Below are positions 17,193 through 26,459 of a stretch of DNA of 54,303 nt, piece after piece. The DNA comes from a bacterium (GTDB taxonomy: Bacteria > Hydrothermota > Tepidihabitantia > Tepidihabitantales > Tepidihabitantaceae). The stretch's first letter is position 1, and each line of letters begins with the position of its first letter. The stretch is from positions 1-54,303 of the forward strand of contig JAWOHG010000069.1 in NCBI GenBank assembly GCA_046485245.1. Reading direction: 5' to 3'. The notes under the pieces were generated by a model. The model was not told the origin of the DNA. It did not search any database and saw only the letters and a list, made by a program, of their open reading frames with translations. The translations under genes and the position numbers were made by a program.

Positions 17193-18572
17193 GTGGAACG
17201 CATTACTAGGACAATTACCGAGAAGAAGGTCAGGTTCATCGACCTGAAGTACCCCGACCTGCTGGGCCGGCTGCACCACGTGACCCTGCCGATTGAACGG
17301 CTGGAGTCGGCGGTGGCGGACGGGGTCGGGTTCGACAGCTCGTCCGTGCCGGGATTCCGCGTGGTGGAGTCCGGGGACATGGTGCTGAAGCCGGACCTGG
17401 ACAGTGCGTTCATCGACCCGTTCTGCGAGATCCCGACGGTGTCGTGTTTCGCCGGGATGCACGACCCGCTGACCGGCGAGCCGTACGAGCGCGACCCGCG
17501 CCTGGTGCTTGAGCGCGCAGTGGCCGAGCTGAAGCGGGTCGCCAAGGCGCCCGAGGTGCGCATCCTGCCCGAGTTCGAGTTCTACCTGTTCAACAACGTG
17601 TCGTTCGCCAACGACGCGACCTCGTCGGTCTACCGCATCGAGAGCGACGAGCTGCGCCACGACGACCGGACCGGCCTGTCGCTTTACAAGGGCGTGGCCT
17701 ACGAGGTGGCGCCGCCGTTCGACCGCTCCTCCGAGTTCCGGTCCGAGCTGGCCGAGCTGATGGCCGCCTGCGGCCTGCCGGTGAAGTACCACCACCACGA
17801 GGGCGGCCGCTACTCGCAGGTCGAGGTCGAGCCGATGTTCATCCCGGTGGAGCGGGCCGGCGACGCGATAATGCTGACCAAGTACCTCATCCGCAACCTG
17901 GCTTTCCGGCGGGGCAAGACCGCGACGTTCATGCCCAAGCCGCTGCACGGCGAGCCGGGTTCCGGGCTCCACCTGCACATTTACATGGCCGACGGCGAGC
18001 GGTCGCTGTTTGCCGACAAGTCCGGCCCGGTCGGGCTGTCGGCCCTGGCCGCGCACTTCATCGGCGGGATAATGGACCACGCGCCGAGCCTGTGCGCGCT
18101 GACCAACCCGAGCACCAATTCCTACCGCCGGCTCACGCCTGGGTTCGAGGCGCCGGTGCTGGTGTTTTTCTCGGTCGCCAACCGCACCGCGGCCATCCGC
18201 ATCCCGGGCTATTCGGTCGCGTCGGGCAAGATGGCCATCGAGTACCGCATCCCGGACGCGACCGCGAACCCGTACCTCGGCCTGGCCGGCATCCTGATGG
18301 CCGGGCGCGACGGCATCGCGCGCAAGACCGACCCGGGACAGCCGCTGGTCGGCCGCATCGAGAGCCGGGACGAGTCGGCCGGGGCGAAGCAGCTGCCCGC
18401 CTCGCTGGCCGCGGCGCTGGGCGAGTTGCGCGTCGACCACGACTACCTGACCGTCGCCGACGTTTTCAGCCCGGCGCTGCTCGAGCGCTGGGTCGAGATG
18501 AAGATCGTCGAGGTGGACGCCGTGGCCAAGCGGCCCCACCCGTGGGAATACGAGCTGTATTATGGGTGTTAG
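17193..18572 (+). CDS. Glutamine synthetase family (type I) paralogue
   Basis: The first plausible start is the GTG at 17193 (VERITRTITEKKVRFIDLKY). Motifs FDSSS, PGSGLHLHIY and ANRTAAIRIP. 459 aa. Divergent from the other glnA. Confidence 0.85.
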   Translation: MERITRTITEKKVRFIDLKYPDLLGRLHHVTLPIERLESAVADGVGFDSSSVPGFRVVESGDMVLKPDLDSAFIDPFCEIPTVSCFAGMHDPLTGEPYERDPRLVLERAVAELKRVAKAPEVRILPEFEFYLFNNVSFANDATSSVYRIESDELRHDDRTGLSLYKGVAYEVAPPFDRSSEFRSELAELMAACGLPVKYHHHEGGRYSQVEVEPMFIPVERAGDAIMLTKYLIRNLAFRRGKTATFMPKPLHGEPGSGLHLHIYMADGERSLFADKSGPVGLSALAAHFIGGIMDHAPSLCALTNPSTNSYRRLTPGFEAPVLVFFSVANRTAAIRIPGYSVASGKMAIEYRIPDATANPYLGLAGILMAGRDGIARKTDPGQPLVGRIESRDESAGAKQLPASLAAALGELRVDHDYLTVADVFSPALLERWVEMKIVEVDAVAKRPHPWEYELYYGC

Positions 18573-19476
18573 GCTCGGCCCGCACGGGACCTTCGCGCAG
18601 TTGCTGGAGTCGGCGCGGTCGCGGGGTGCGCGGCGCTGCGTCGTGGCCTGCGCCGAGGACTGCGCGACGGTCGAGGCGCTGGTCGAGGCCGGGCGCGAGG
18701 GCATTGCGCGGGGCGTGCTGTACGGCGACCGCGAGCGCATCGCGACCATCTGCACGAGCCTGAGGGCGGAGTGCTCGCCGTTCGAGGTGCACCACGTGGA
18801 CGGGCAGGAGGCGGCCGTGGCCGCGGCGGTGCAGGACGTGGCGCAGGGCGGCGGATTCCTGATGAAGGGCCAGGTCGAGTCCGCCGTGTTCCTGCGCGGC
18901 GTGCTGGACGAGGCCAACGGCCTGCGCGGGGACCGGATACTGTCGCACGTCGCCTACCTCGAACTGCCGGCCTACCACAAGGCGCTGGCCATCACCGACG
19001 GCGGCATCAACGCCGAGCTGGACCTCAAGCGCAAGATCGACATCGTCCGCAACGCCATCGACCTGTCGCGCTTTCTCGGCAACCCGAAGCCCAACGTCGC
19101 CCTTCTGTCGGCGGTCGAGCGCATCAAGCTGAACATGGCCGAGACCCTGGACTGGGCGATAATCACGCGGATGGCCGAGCAGGGCGAGTTCGGCGAGGCC
19201 GTGGTCGAGGGCCCGGTCGCGGTCGACGTCGCGCTATCCCGGCACGCGGCGCAGATAAAGAAGGTCGTGTCGGCCGTGGCCGGCGACGTCGACATCCTCG
19301 TCGTGCCGAGCATGGCCACGGGCAACATCCTGGCCAAGGGGCTGCAGTACCTCGGCGGTGCCAAGGCCTGCGGCATCGTGGTCGGGGCGCGGCGGCCCAT
19401 CGTGATGCTGTCGCGCGCCGACACGCCCGAGACGAAGCTGTACTCGATGGCCCTTGGGAACATAGCATCATTATGA
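18562..19476 (+). CDS. ptb: Phosphate butyryl/acetyl-transferase family enzyme
   Basis: FLMKGQV, LSHV, ITDGGIN, VAGDVDILVVP and LSRADTPETKL motifs. Overlaps the GS paralogue by 11 nt. Confidence 0.8.
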   Translation: MGVRLGPHGTFAQLLESARSRGARRCVVACAEDCATVEALVEAGREGIARGVLYGDRERIATICTSLRAECSPFEVHHVDGQEAAVAAAVQDVAQGGGFLMKGQVESAVFLRGVLDEANGLRGDRILSHVAYLELPAYHKALAITDGGINAELDLKRKIDIVRNAIDLSRFLGNPKPNVALLSAVERIKLNMAETLDWAIITRMAEQGEFGEAVVEGPVAVDVALSRHAAQIKKVVSAVAGDVDILVVPSMATGNILAKGLQYLGGAKACGIVVGARRPIVMLSRADTPETKLYSMALGNIASL

Positions 19477-19847
19477 AACAACCAGTCAATACCGATAGCG
19501 CGCCGAAGCCGGTCGGGCCCTACAGCCAGGCCGTCAAGGTCGGCGGGCTCATCTTCACGTCGGGCCAGATACCGATTGACCCGGCCAGCGGCACTCTGGT
19601 CGAGGGCATCGAAGCGGCCACCGAACGCGTGATGCAGAACCTCGACACGGTTCTGAAGGCGGGCGGGTCGAGCTTGCAGAAGGCGGTCAAGACGACCATC
19701 TTCCTTACCGACATGGGCCAGTTCGCCAAGGTCAACGAGGTCTATTCGCGTTTCTTCCAGCCGCCGTTCCCGGCCCGCTCGACCGTCCAGGTCGCGGCCC
19801 TGCCCAAGGGCGTGGCGGTCGAAATCGAGGTCGTGGCTGAAGCCTAG
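19473..19847 (+). CDS. ridA: RidA/YjgF family reactive-intermediate deaminase
   Basis: PKPVGPYSQAV, FTSGQIP and ARSTVQVAALPKGVAVEIEVVA motifs. ATGA overlap with ptb. 124 aa. Confidence 0.9.
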   Translation: MKQPVNTDSAPKPVGPYSQAVKVGGLIFTSGQIPIDPASGTLVEGIEAATERVMQNLDTVLKAGGSSLQKAVKTTIFLTDMGQFAKVNEVYSRFFQPPFPARSTVQVAALPKGVAVEIEVVAEA

Positions 19848-19863
19848 TCCTTTCCTCCTGCTG

Positions 19864-20829
19864 TTGTTCTGCGCCCGGGCGGCACTGGGCGAAGGCGCGG
19901 GTTTGGACGCGCTGCGCGCGGCCGGGGACCGGCTGTACCGGCAGGACTATGCCGCCGCCTGCAGCATCGCCGCGGGCCGGTTCGAGCACGACCGCGACGA
20001 CCCGACCGGCCTGCTGATCCAGGCGAACGCGGTGCGCACCCTCATCTACGACTCGGGTGACCCGGCCCTCTCCGACTCTTTCTACGGGCTGTGCGGCCGG
20101 CTCGACGCGGCGTGCCGGGCGCGCCTGGCACGCCGGCCGGGCGACGCCTGGGTGCGGTTCTGCCTGGGTACGGGGCTGCTGAACCAGGCCGAGATGCTGG
20201 GCTGGCAGCAGCAGTACCTCTCGGCGCTGGTGAAGACCGCGGCAGTCCCGGGCCTGCTGAACCGCGCGCTGGCCCTGGACCCGGACCTGGTCGACTGCCG
20301 GCTCGGGCTGGGGATGGTCGAGTTTTTCAAGGCACAATCCCGGCGCTACACGTTGGGCGTGGCCTTGTTCGGGTCGGCGAGCGTCGCGGCCCGGGAGGTG
20401 ACGCGCACGGCGGGGGGCGGCGGCGCGCTGGTGAACGCGGCCTGGTTCGCGCTCGCGTTCATGGCCAAGGAGGATGGCCGACCGGCCGAGGCGGTGCGGC
20501 GTTGCGACGTGCTGCTGCTCAAGTACCCGGGCAACCGCGTCGCCCTGCGCCTTCTGCGCGACGCGCTGTACGAGGCCGGCGACCACGTTCGCACCATCGA
20601 CGTCGGGGCTGAGGTCGAGCGTTCGATTCGCGCCTCCTACCCCGACAACCTCTACGGGTTGACCGAGAACTGGCTCAAGTGCGGCAAGGCCCGGCTGAAG
20701 CTCGGGCAGAAGGCCGCGGCCGCGGCCGATTTCCGGCGCATCATAAGCTACGAGCACCGGCAGGACCGCGTGCCCTGGCTGCGTAACTACGTGGCCGAGG
20801 CGCGCGGGTTGCTGAAGAAGACGCAGTGA
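19864..20829 (+). CDS. Hypothetical helical-repeat (TPR-like) protein
   Basis: Long ORF with good codon-position GC pattern in an operon context. The TTG start is uncertain, and a hydrophobic PFLLLLFCARAAL stretch suggests the true start may lie slightly upstream. Confidence 0.5.
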   Translation: MFCARAALGEGAGLDALRAAGDRLYRQDYAAACSIAAGRFEHDRDDPTGLLIQANAVRTLIYDSGDPALSDSFYGLCGRLDAACRARLARRPGDAWVRFCLGTGLLNQAEMLGWQQQYLSALVKTAAVPGLLNRALALDPDLVDCRLGLGMVEFFKAQSRRYTLGVALFGSASVAAREVTRTAGGGGALVNAAWFALAFMAKEDGRPAEAVRRCDVLLLKYPGNRVALRLLRDALYEAGDHVRTIDVGAEVERSIRASYPDNLYGLTENWLKCGKARLKLGQKAAAAADFRRIISYEHRQDRVPWLRNYVAEARGLLKKTQ

Positions 20830-21281
20830 GCCGTTCGCCGGTCGTGATTGTCGGGGTCGGCAATACCCTGCGCGGCGACGACGCGGTCGGACCGATAGTC
20901 ATCGAGCGGCTGGGTGAGGTGGCGGGCGCGCAGCTGTTCGACGCCGGGCCGGCGCCGGAGAACTTCCTCGACCCGGTCACCGAACTGGCGCCGGACCGTA
21001 TCCTGTTCGTAGATGCCTGTGATTTCCGCGCCGCGCCGGGCGAGTTCCGGGTGTTCGAGATGCCCGATATCGAGCGGCTCTCGGCCGGGCTGGTTTCGAC
21101 CCACACGCTGCCCCTGACCATGACAGCGCAGCTCTTCACGGCTGGCGGAGCGAGGGTTAGCCTGCTGGGCATCCAGCCCCGCTCGCTTGAGTTCGGAGCC
21201 CCGCTGTCCGGGCCGGTCGTGCAGGCCCTGCCCGCGGTCCTCGCCGCGGTGCGCGCGTGGGTTGCCGGCCCGGCTACCTGA
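20826..21281 (+). CDS. Hydrogenase maturation endopeptidase (HyaD/HybD/FrhD family)
   Basis: VGVGNTLRGDDAVGP N-terminal motif, LFVDACD, and STHTLPL near the C-terminus. 151 aa. GTGA overlap with the upstream gene. Confidence 0.8.
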   Translation: MSRSPVVIVGVGNTLRGDDAVGPIVIERLGEVAGAQLFDAGPAPENFLDPVTELAPDRILFVDACDFRAAPGEFRVFEMPDIERLSAGLVSTHTLPLTMTAQLFTAGGARVSLLGIQPRSLEFGAPLSGPVVQALPAVLAAVRAWVAGPAT

Positions 21282-22584
21282 CCCGGTTACCGAGCGTGTA
21301 GAGCTTGCGGCCGCGGCGCTTGATTGCGTTGCGGGCGTCGAGTACCAGCCGGCTCTCCCGGAACACCATGTCGTAGTCAAAGCAGGTGTGGTCGGTCAGG
21401 ACCAGCACGAGGTCGGCCCGGCGCAGCGCCGCGCGCGTCAGGGGCACGGATTTGCGGGGCCGGCCGTTGACCGTTATCTGCGGGACGTAGGGGTCGTGGT
21501 AGTCGATGCGCCCGACCTTCTTCTGGAGCAGTTCCATCACCTTGATGGCCGGCGAGTGACGGGTGTCCTCGACGTTCTTCTTGAACGCGGCGCCGAGCAC
21601 GAGCAGGCGTGAGCGGGACGCGGCCTTGCCGTTGGTGCCCAGCGCCTCAAGCGCCCGGTCGGCGACGAAGAAGGGCATGTTCTCGTTGGTCTGGGCCGCC
21701 AGTTCGATGAAGTTGGAGTGGAAGTCGTACTCGCGGGCCTTCCAGGCGAGGTAGTACGGGTCGATGAGGATGCAATGCCCGCCGATGCCCGGTCCGGGGT
21801 AGAAGGGCATGTAGCCGAAGGGTTTGGACGAGGCCGCGCCGATGACCTCCCAGACGTCGATGCCGCCCATCCGCTCACACATTTGGGCCAGCTCGTTGAC
21901 CAGCGCGATGTTGACGCTGCGAAAGATGTTCTCGAGAAGCTTGGACATCTCGGCCGCGCGCGGGGAGGAGACCGGTACGACCTTCTCCACGAACTGGGCA
22001 TAGAACAGCGCGGTGAGCTTCGTGCATTCCTTCGTGACGCCGCCGACCACGACCGGCGTGGTCTGGGTCGTGAACTTGTGGTTGCCCGGGTCGATGCGCT
22101 CCGGGGCGAAGCTCAGGAAATAGTCCTTGCCGACCGTCAGCCCGGTGGCGTCGAGGATGGGCTGGAGCACTTTCTCGGTCGTCTCGGGGTAGGTGGTCGA
22201 GCGCAGGACAACGAGCTGGCCGCGCTTCAGGTACTTGGCGACGAGCCGTCCCGAATCGACGATGAAGCTCACGTCGGGGTCCTTGGACGCAGTGAACGGC
22301 GTGGGCACGCAGACGTTGATGATGTCGCAGCGGGCGCAGGCCTTGTAGTCGGTCGTGGCCTCGAGTCGGCCGGTGTGGACGACCTCGGCGATGTCCTCGG
22401 ACGGCACGTCGCCGATGAAACTGCGGCAGTCGCGCACTGCCTTGACCTTCTGCTCGTCGACGTCGATGCCGACGACGCTATAGCCGGCCCGCGCCATCTC
22501 GACGGCCAGGGGCAGGCCGACATAGCCGATGCCGATGACCGCGACCCGGGCGTTGCGCTTGACTATCTTCTGCTCAAGTGTCAT
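21274..22584 (-). CDS. UDP-sugar (nucleotide-sugar) dehydrogenase family
   Basis: Start at the ATG at 22584 (MTLEQKIVKRNARVAVIGIGYVGLPLA, a Rossmann GxGxxG) with GGAG upstream. GGHC catalytic Cys motif (PGIGGHCILID). 436 aa. The 170 upstream track codons are Arg/Pro-rich artefact. Confidence 0.9.
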   Translation of the reverse strand: MTLEQKIVKRNARVAVIGIGYVGLPLAVEMARAGYSVVGIDVDEQKVKAVRDCRSFIGDVPSEDIAEVVHTGRLEATTDYKACARCDIINVCVPTPFTASKDPDVSFIVDSGRLVAKYLKRGQLVVLRSTTYPETTEKVLQPILDATGLTVGKDYFLSFAPERIDPGNHKFTTQTTPVVVGGVTKECTKLTALFYAQFVEKVVPVSSPRAAEMSKLLENIFRSVNIALVNELAQMCERMGGIDVWEVIGAASSKPFGYMPFYPGPGIGGHCILIDPYYLAWKAREYDFHSNFIELAAQTNENMPFFVADRALEALGTNGKAASRSRLLVLGAAFKKNVEDTRHSPAIKVMELLQKKVGRIDYHDPYVPQITVNGRPRKSVPLTRAALRRADLVLVLTDHTCFDYDMVFRESRLVLDARNAIKRRGRKLYTLGNRVR

Positions 22585-22610
22585 CTCAGCTCCTCTGTTA
22601 TCAATGGTGG

Positions 22611-24152
22611 CTACCAGGTCGTGCGGTCGAGGCTGCGGTACTGGACCGCTTCGGTAATGTGACCCGGCTCGATTCGTTCGGCACCGGCCAGGTCGGCAAT
22701 CGTGCGGGCGACCTTCAGCACGCGGTGGTAGGCACGCGCCGAGAGGCCGAGCCGGTCGATGGCGGTCTTCAGCAGTTCGTGGCTGCGCTCGTCGACTGCG
22801 CAGTACCGGCGGATGAGCGCCGGGGAAAGCTGGGCATTGCAGTAGGCGGGCCGGCGGCCGGGCGAGTCCTTCAGCCGTTCGAGCTGGACTGCGCGCGCCC
22901 GGTCCACCCGGGCTGCGATGGCCGCCGAGCTCTCGCCGTCGGCTCGGCGGGCGATGTCCTCGTACTTCAGGGCCGGGATCTCGACGTGGATGTCGATGCG
23001 GTCGAGCAGCGGTCCGGAGATCCGGCCGCGGTAGCGGCGGATCTTGTGGTAGCTGCAGGTGCAGGCGTGGCGCGGGTCGCCGTTGAAGCCGCACGGGCAG
23101 GGGTTCATCGCGCAGATGAGCATGAAGCGCGCCGGGAAGGTAAAGGTGCTGCGGGCACGGCCGATGGTGACCTCGCTGTCTTCGAGCGGCTGGCGCAGCG
23201 CCTCGAGCACGTCGCGGTGGAACTCGGGCAGTTCGTCGAGGAAGAGCACGCCGTTGTGTGCGAGAGACGCCTCGCCCGGCCTCGGCACCGCGCCGCCGCC
23301 GATCATGCCGGCGTCGGAGATGCTGTGGTGGGGCGAGCGGAACGGCCGGTTGGCGACGATCGGCCGGTCCGGGGCGAGGAGGCCGCAGACCGAGTGGATG
23401 CGCGTCGTTTCGAGCGCCTCGTCGAGCGAAATCGGGGGCAGTATCGTAGGCAGGCGGCGGGCGAGCATCGTCTTGCCCGAGCCGGGCGGGCCGATCATCA
23501 GGAGGTTGTGGCCGCCGGCCGCCGCGACTTCCAGCGCGCGCTTGGCGTGTTCGTGGCCGTGGACCTCGGCGAAGTCGACGTCGTGCTGCGCGGCCCGGCG
23601 GAACAGCGCCGCGGCGTCGACGCGCGTCGGCTCGATGGCCGCCGTGCCTTTCAGGAAAGCGAGCGTCTGACCGAAGGTATCGGCGCCGATTACCGGCAGG
23701 CCGGGCACGATGGCCGCCTCGGCCGCGTTGGCCCGCGGCAGGATGATGCCGCGCAGGCCGGCGGTCCGGCAGGCGAGGGCCATTGCCACCGCGCCGCGCA
23801 CCGGCCGCAGCCCGCCGTCGAGCGAGAGTTCGCCGAGTATCGCCCAGCCGTCCAGCGCCTCCGGGGCGAGGCCGCCGGCAGCGGCGACGATGCCGACTGC
23901 CACCGGCAGGTCGAAGGCCGCGCCTTCCTTCTTGATGTCGGCCGGCGCGAGGTTCACGGTGATGCGCCGACTTGGGAAGTGGATGCCGGAGTTGCGGACC
24001 GCGGCCTGGACTCGGTGCTGAGATTCCTTCACCGCGGCGTCAGGCAGGCCGACAATGGTGAACGCGGGCAGGCCGAGGGCGATGTCGGCCTCGACCGACA
24101 CGATGAACGCGTCGACCCCGACCACCGCGCAGGAGGTGATGCGCGACAGCAC
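22611..24152 (-). CDS. comM: YifB/ComM family Mg-chelatase-like AAA+ ATPase
   Basis: N-terminal Lon-like domain (LGLPAFTIVGLPDAAVKESQHRV), Walker A GPPGSGKT, FLDELPEF, and C-terminal RAYHRVLKVARTIADL. The GTG start shares one nt with the yraN stop (TAGTG). Confidence 0.92.
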   Translation of the reverse strand: MLSRITSCAVVGVDAFIVSVEADIALGLPAFTIVGLPDAAVKESQHRVQAAVRNSGIHFPSRRITVNLAPADIKKEGAAFDLPVAVGIVAAAGGLAPEALDGWAILGELSLDGGLRPVRGAVAMALACRTAGLRGIILPRANAAEAAIVPGLPVIGADTFGQTLAFLKGTAAIEPTRVDAAALFRRAAQHDVDFAEVHGHEHAKRALEVAAAGGHNLLMIGPPGSGKTMLARRLPTILPPISLDEALETTRIHSVCGLLAPDRPIVANRPFRSPHHSISDAGMIGGGAVPRPGEASLAHNGVLFLDELPEFHRDVLEALRQPLEDSEVTIGRARSTFTFPARFMLICAMNPCPCGFNGDPRHACTCSYHKIRRYRGRISGPLLDRIDIHVEIPALKYEDIARRADGESSAAIAARVDRARAVQLERLKDSPGRRPAYCNAQLSPALIRRYCAVDERSHELLKTAIDRLGLSARAYHRVLKVARTIADLAGAERIEPGHITEAVQYRSLDRTTW

Positions 24153-24502
24153 TAGAACGCGCCCTTGATGTGCTCGACGGTGCCGGGCTCGGAGTCAAAC
24201 CGGACGCTGAGCACGTCGAAACGCACCGGGCAGTCGCCGAGTGCGTGCCCGGCGATGTACTCTTCGGCGAGCCGGCGCAGGCGGGCCTGCTTCTGCGGTC
24301 CGACCGCCTCGTAAGGCTGGCCGAAGCGCTCGCCGCTACGTGCCTTCACTTCGACGAACACGAGCGTGTCGCGGTCGCGGCAGACCAGGTCGATCTCGCC
24401 CGACCGCGTTCGCCAGTTGCGGTCGATGACCCGGAATCCCCGGCGCTGCAGGAAGCGGCGGGCGATGGTCTCACCTCTGCTGCCGACCTGTTGCCGGTTC
24501 AC
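24152..24502 (-). CDS. yraN: YraN family (UPF0102) endonuclease-like protein
   Basis: GEIDLV...LVFVEVKAR motif. 116 aa. 4-nt overlap with rnhB. Confidence 0.85.
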   Translation of the reverse strand: MNRQQVGSRGETIARRFLQRRGFRVIDRNWRTRSGEIDLVCRDRDTLVFVEVKARSGERFGQPYEAVGPQKQARLRRLAEEYIAGHALGDCPVRFDVLSVRFDSEPGTVEHIKGAF

Positions 24503-25104
24503 GTCGCCGCCGGTTCGGGTGCGACCGGCCTGAAGGTCATCCTGTGAATCGGGGAGGGGCCGAGCCGCCTGAGGGCGCCGAGGTGTTCGGCGGTGCCGTA
24601 GCCCTTGTTCCGCGCGAAACCGTAACCGGGGAAAGTCTGCTCGAAGCGGCGCATCAGTTCGTCGCGGAAGACCTTGGCGATTATCGAGGCGCAGGCGATG
24701 GTAAGGCTCAGGCTGTCGCCGCGCACGACACCCTCGCAGGGCAGGTCGAGGCCGGGCACGGGCCAGCCGTCGGCGATGACGAGGTCGGGAACGATGCCGA
24801 GCCCGGTTACGGCGCGGCGCATTGCCAGGAACGTCGCCTGGCGGATGTCAAACCGGTCGACTGCACGGTGGTTGGCTGCGCCCAGCGAAACGGCGACGGC
24901 CCGCCGGCGGATTGCGTCGGCGAGCCGCTCGCGGGTACGTGCGGTCAGCTTCTTGGAGTCGTCGGCGCCGGGTATGTCACAGTCGCGGGGCAGCACCACG
25001 GCACCGGCCACGACCGGCCCGGCCAGCGCGCCCCTGCCGACTTCGTCAAGGCCGCAGACGAGACTGTTACTCCGCCACAGCTTTCGGTCGAGGTTTGTCC
25101 TCAA
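24499..25104 (-). CDS. rnhB: Ribonuclease HII
   Basis: GLDEVGRGALAGPVVAGAV, DSKKL and GYGFARNKGYGT motifs. The start is uncertain. I chose the in-frame TTG at 25104, inside the rplS tail, with a CTG at 25080 as alternative. The track start at 25428 would overlap all of rplS. Confidence 0.8.
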   Translation of the reverse strand: MRTNLDRKLWRSNSLVCGLDEVGRGALAGPVVAGAVVLPRDCDIPGADDSKKLTARTRERLADAIRRRAVAVSLGAANHRAVDRFDIRQATFLAMRRAVTGLGIVPDLVIADGWPVPGLDLPCEGVVRGDSLSLTIACASIIAKVFRDELMRRFEQTFPGYGFARNKGYGTAEHLGALRRLGPSPIHRMTFRPVAPEPAAT

Positions 25105-25459
25105 TCTTGCGCTCTTTGAGCATCGTTCCGCGACCGGTCCGGTCCCGCAGGTAGTAGAGCTTTGCCCGGCGGACGCGGGAGTGGCGCTTGACCTCGACCT
25201 TGGATATGGCCGGGCTAAGGTAGGGGAAGATACGCTCGATGCCGTAGCCGCGGCTGACCTTGCGGACAGTGAAGCTCCTGTTGGCGCTGGCGCCGCGGAT
25301 ACCGATGATGGTGCCCTCGAACTGCTGGATGCGTTCCTTGTCGCCTTCGACGATGCGGACGTGGACGTTGACCAGGTCTCCGGTGCGGAGCTGGGGCAAC
25401 TGCGCGGCCTGGCGCTTGGCGAGCACATGTTTCTGGGCGTGTTCAGCTTTCTTGGCCAT
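25067..25459 (-). CDS. rplS: 50S ribosomal protein L19
   Basis: GDLVNVHVRIVEGDKERIQQFEG and RRAKLYYLR motifs. Confidence 0.95.
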   Translation of the reverse strand: MAKKAEHAQKHVLAKRQAAQLPQLRTGDLVNVHVRIVEGDKERIQQFEGTIIGIRGASANRSFTVRKVSRGYGIERIFPYLSPAISKVEVKRHSRVRRAKLYYLRDRTGRGTMLKERKIEDKPRPKAVAE

Positions 25460-26189
25460 TGGCTGTCTCCTTTTCGAACTCGGCGCAGAGCAGCTCCCGT
25501 TCGGGTTCGCTGAGAACCTCGTCGTGCAGGAGCTCGGGCCGGCGCCGGGCGGTGATCTTGAGTGCCTGCTCGCGGCGCCAGCGCGTCACCTCGGCGTGGT
25601 CGCCCTCAAGCAGGACTTCGGGAACGGACCGGCCCTCGAACTCGCGGGGCCGGGTGTACCACGGCGCGTCGAGCAGCGCCGTGGCTGAGAATGAATCGGT
25701 GGCGACCGACTCCTCGTGTTCGACCGCGCCAGGCAGGAGCCGGGCCACGGCCTCGATGACCGCTACCGCGGCCGCCTCGCCGCCGGCGAGTATGAAATCG
25801 CCGAGTGACAACTCGTCGTCGCACCGCGCGGCTACGCGCTCGTCCACGCCCTTGTAACGGCCGCAGACGAACACCAGGTGTTCAAGACCGCTGTACTCGG
25901 CCGCGACCGCCTGCGTGAACTGCCGGCCGCGTGGGGTCAGGAGCACGACCCGCGACCCGGCCCGGCGCACGCTGTCGATAGCCGCGGCGAGCGGTTCGGG
26001 CTTGAGCACCATGCCGGCGCCGCCGCCGAAGGGGTAGTCGTCGACGGTGCGGTGGGCGTCGGTTGTGAAGTCCCTGGGGTTGACGACCGCTACCGCAAGC
26101 TCACCCGATTGCCGCACGACCCGGGTCGGGCCGCAGTCGAGCGGCCCGGCGAAGTACTCCGGGAACAGCGACACCACGTGGACTTGCAT
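25443..26189 (-). CDS. trmD: tRNA (guanine37-N1)-methyltransferase
   Basis: MQVHVVSLFPEYF, DDYPFGGGAGMV, GRYKGVDERV and LSLGDFILAGGE motifs. Confidence 0.95.
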   Translation of the reverse strand: MQVHVVSLFPEYFAGPLDCGPTRVVRQSGELAVAVVNPRDFTTDAHRTVDDYPFGGGAGMVLKPEPLAAAIDSVRRAGSRVVLLTPRGRQFTQAVAAEYSGLEHLVFVCGRYKGVDERVAARCDDELSLGDFILAGGEAAAVAVIEAVARLLPGAVEHEESVATDSFSATALLDAPWYTRPREFEGRSVPEVLLEGDHAEVTRWRREQALKITARRRPELLHDEVLSEPERELLCAEFEKETANGQES

Positions 26190-26214
26190 GCGTGCGGTTG
26201 TCGGCGGGCCAGTG

Positions 26215-26445
26215 TTACTCGAGGATCTCGAGTTGGGCGCGCTTGCCGATCTTCATCGCGGCGGCCGCGATGATCATCCGCACGGCCTTGGCAGTGCGGC
26301 CTTCCTTGCCGATGACCTTGCCCAAATCGCCCTGGCCCACACGCAGTTCGTAAATCAGCGTCTTCTCGCCGGCGATTTCGTGCACGACGACCTGTTCGGG
26401 ATGGTCAACTAGTGCTTTCGCGATGTACTCGATGAGTTCTTTCAT
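26215..26445 (-). CDS. KH-domain RNA-binding protein (YlqC/UPF0109-like)
   Basis: 76 aa with [15 protein letters not shown] (GxxG KH motif). Lies between rpsP and trmD, as in many bacteria. Confidence 0.85.
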   Translation of the reverse strand: MKELIEYIAKALVDHPEQVVVHEIAGEKTLIYELRVGQGDLGKVIGKEGRTAKAVRMIIAAAAMKIGKRAQLEILE

Positions 26446-26459
26446 CTCAGGCTCCTCTT

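Noticed and set aside
15609-18917. 1102-aa minus-strand ORF and other very long ORFs antisense to real genes (7211-8773, 22578-24155, 37133-39160, 40133-42130, 45592-47157, 47346-49517)
   Set aside because: Their products are Arg/Pro/Gly/Ala-rich with no motifs. They lie antisense to genes with unmistakable family signatures (GS, EF-G, ComM, RND, GT2). Stop-codon-poor frames of this kind are expected in GC-rich DNA.
18562-19476. Inferring a butyrate or acyl-phosphate fermentation pathway from ptb
   Set aside because: No butyrate or acetate kinase gene is adjacent, so the family membership alone does not define the pathway.
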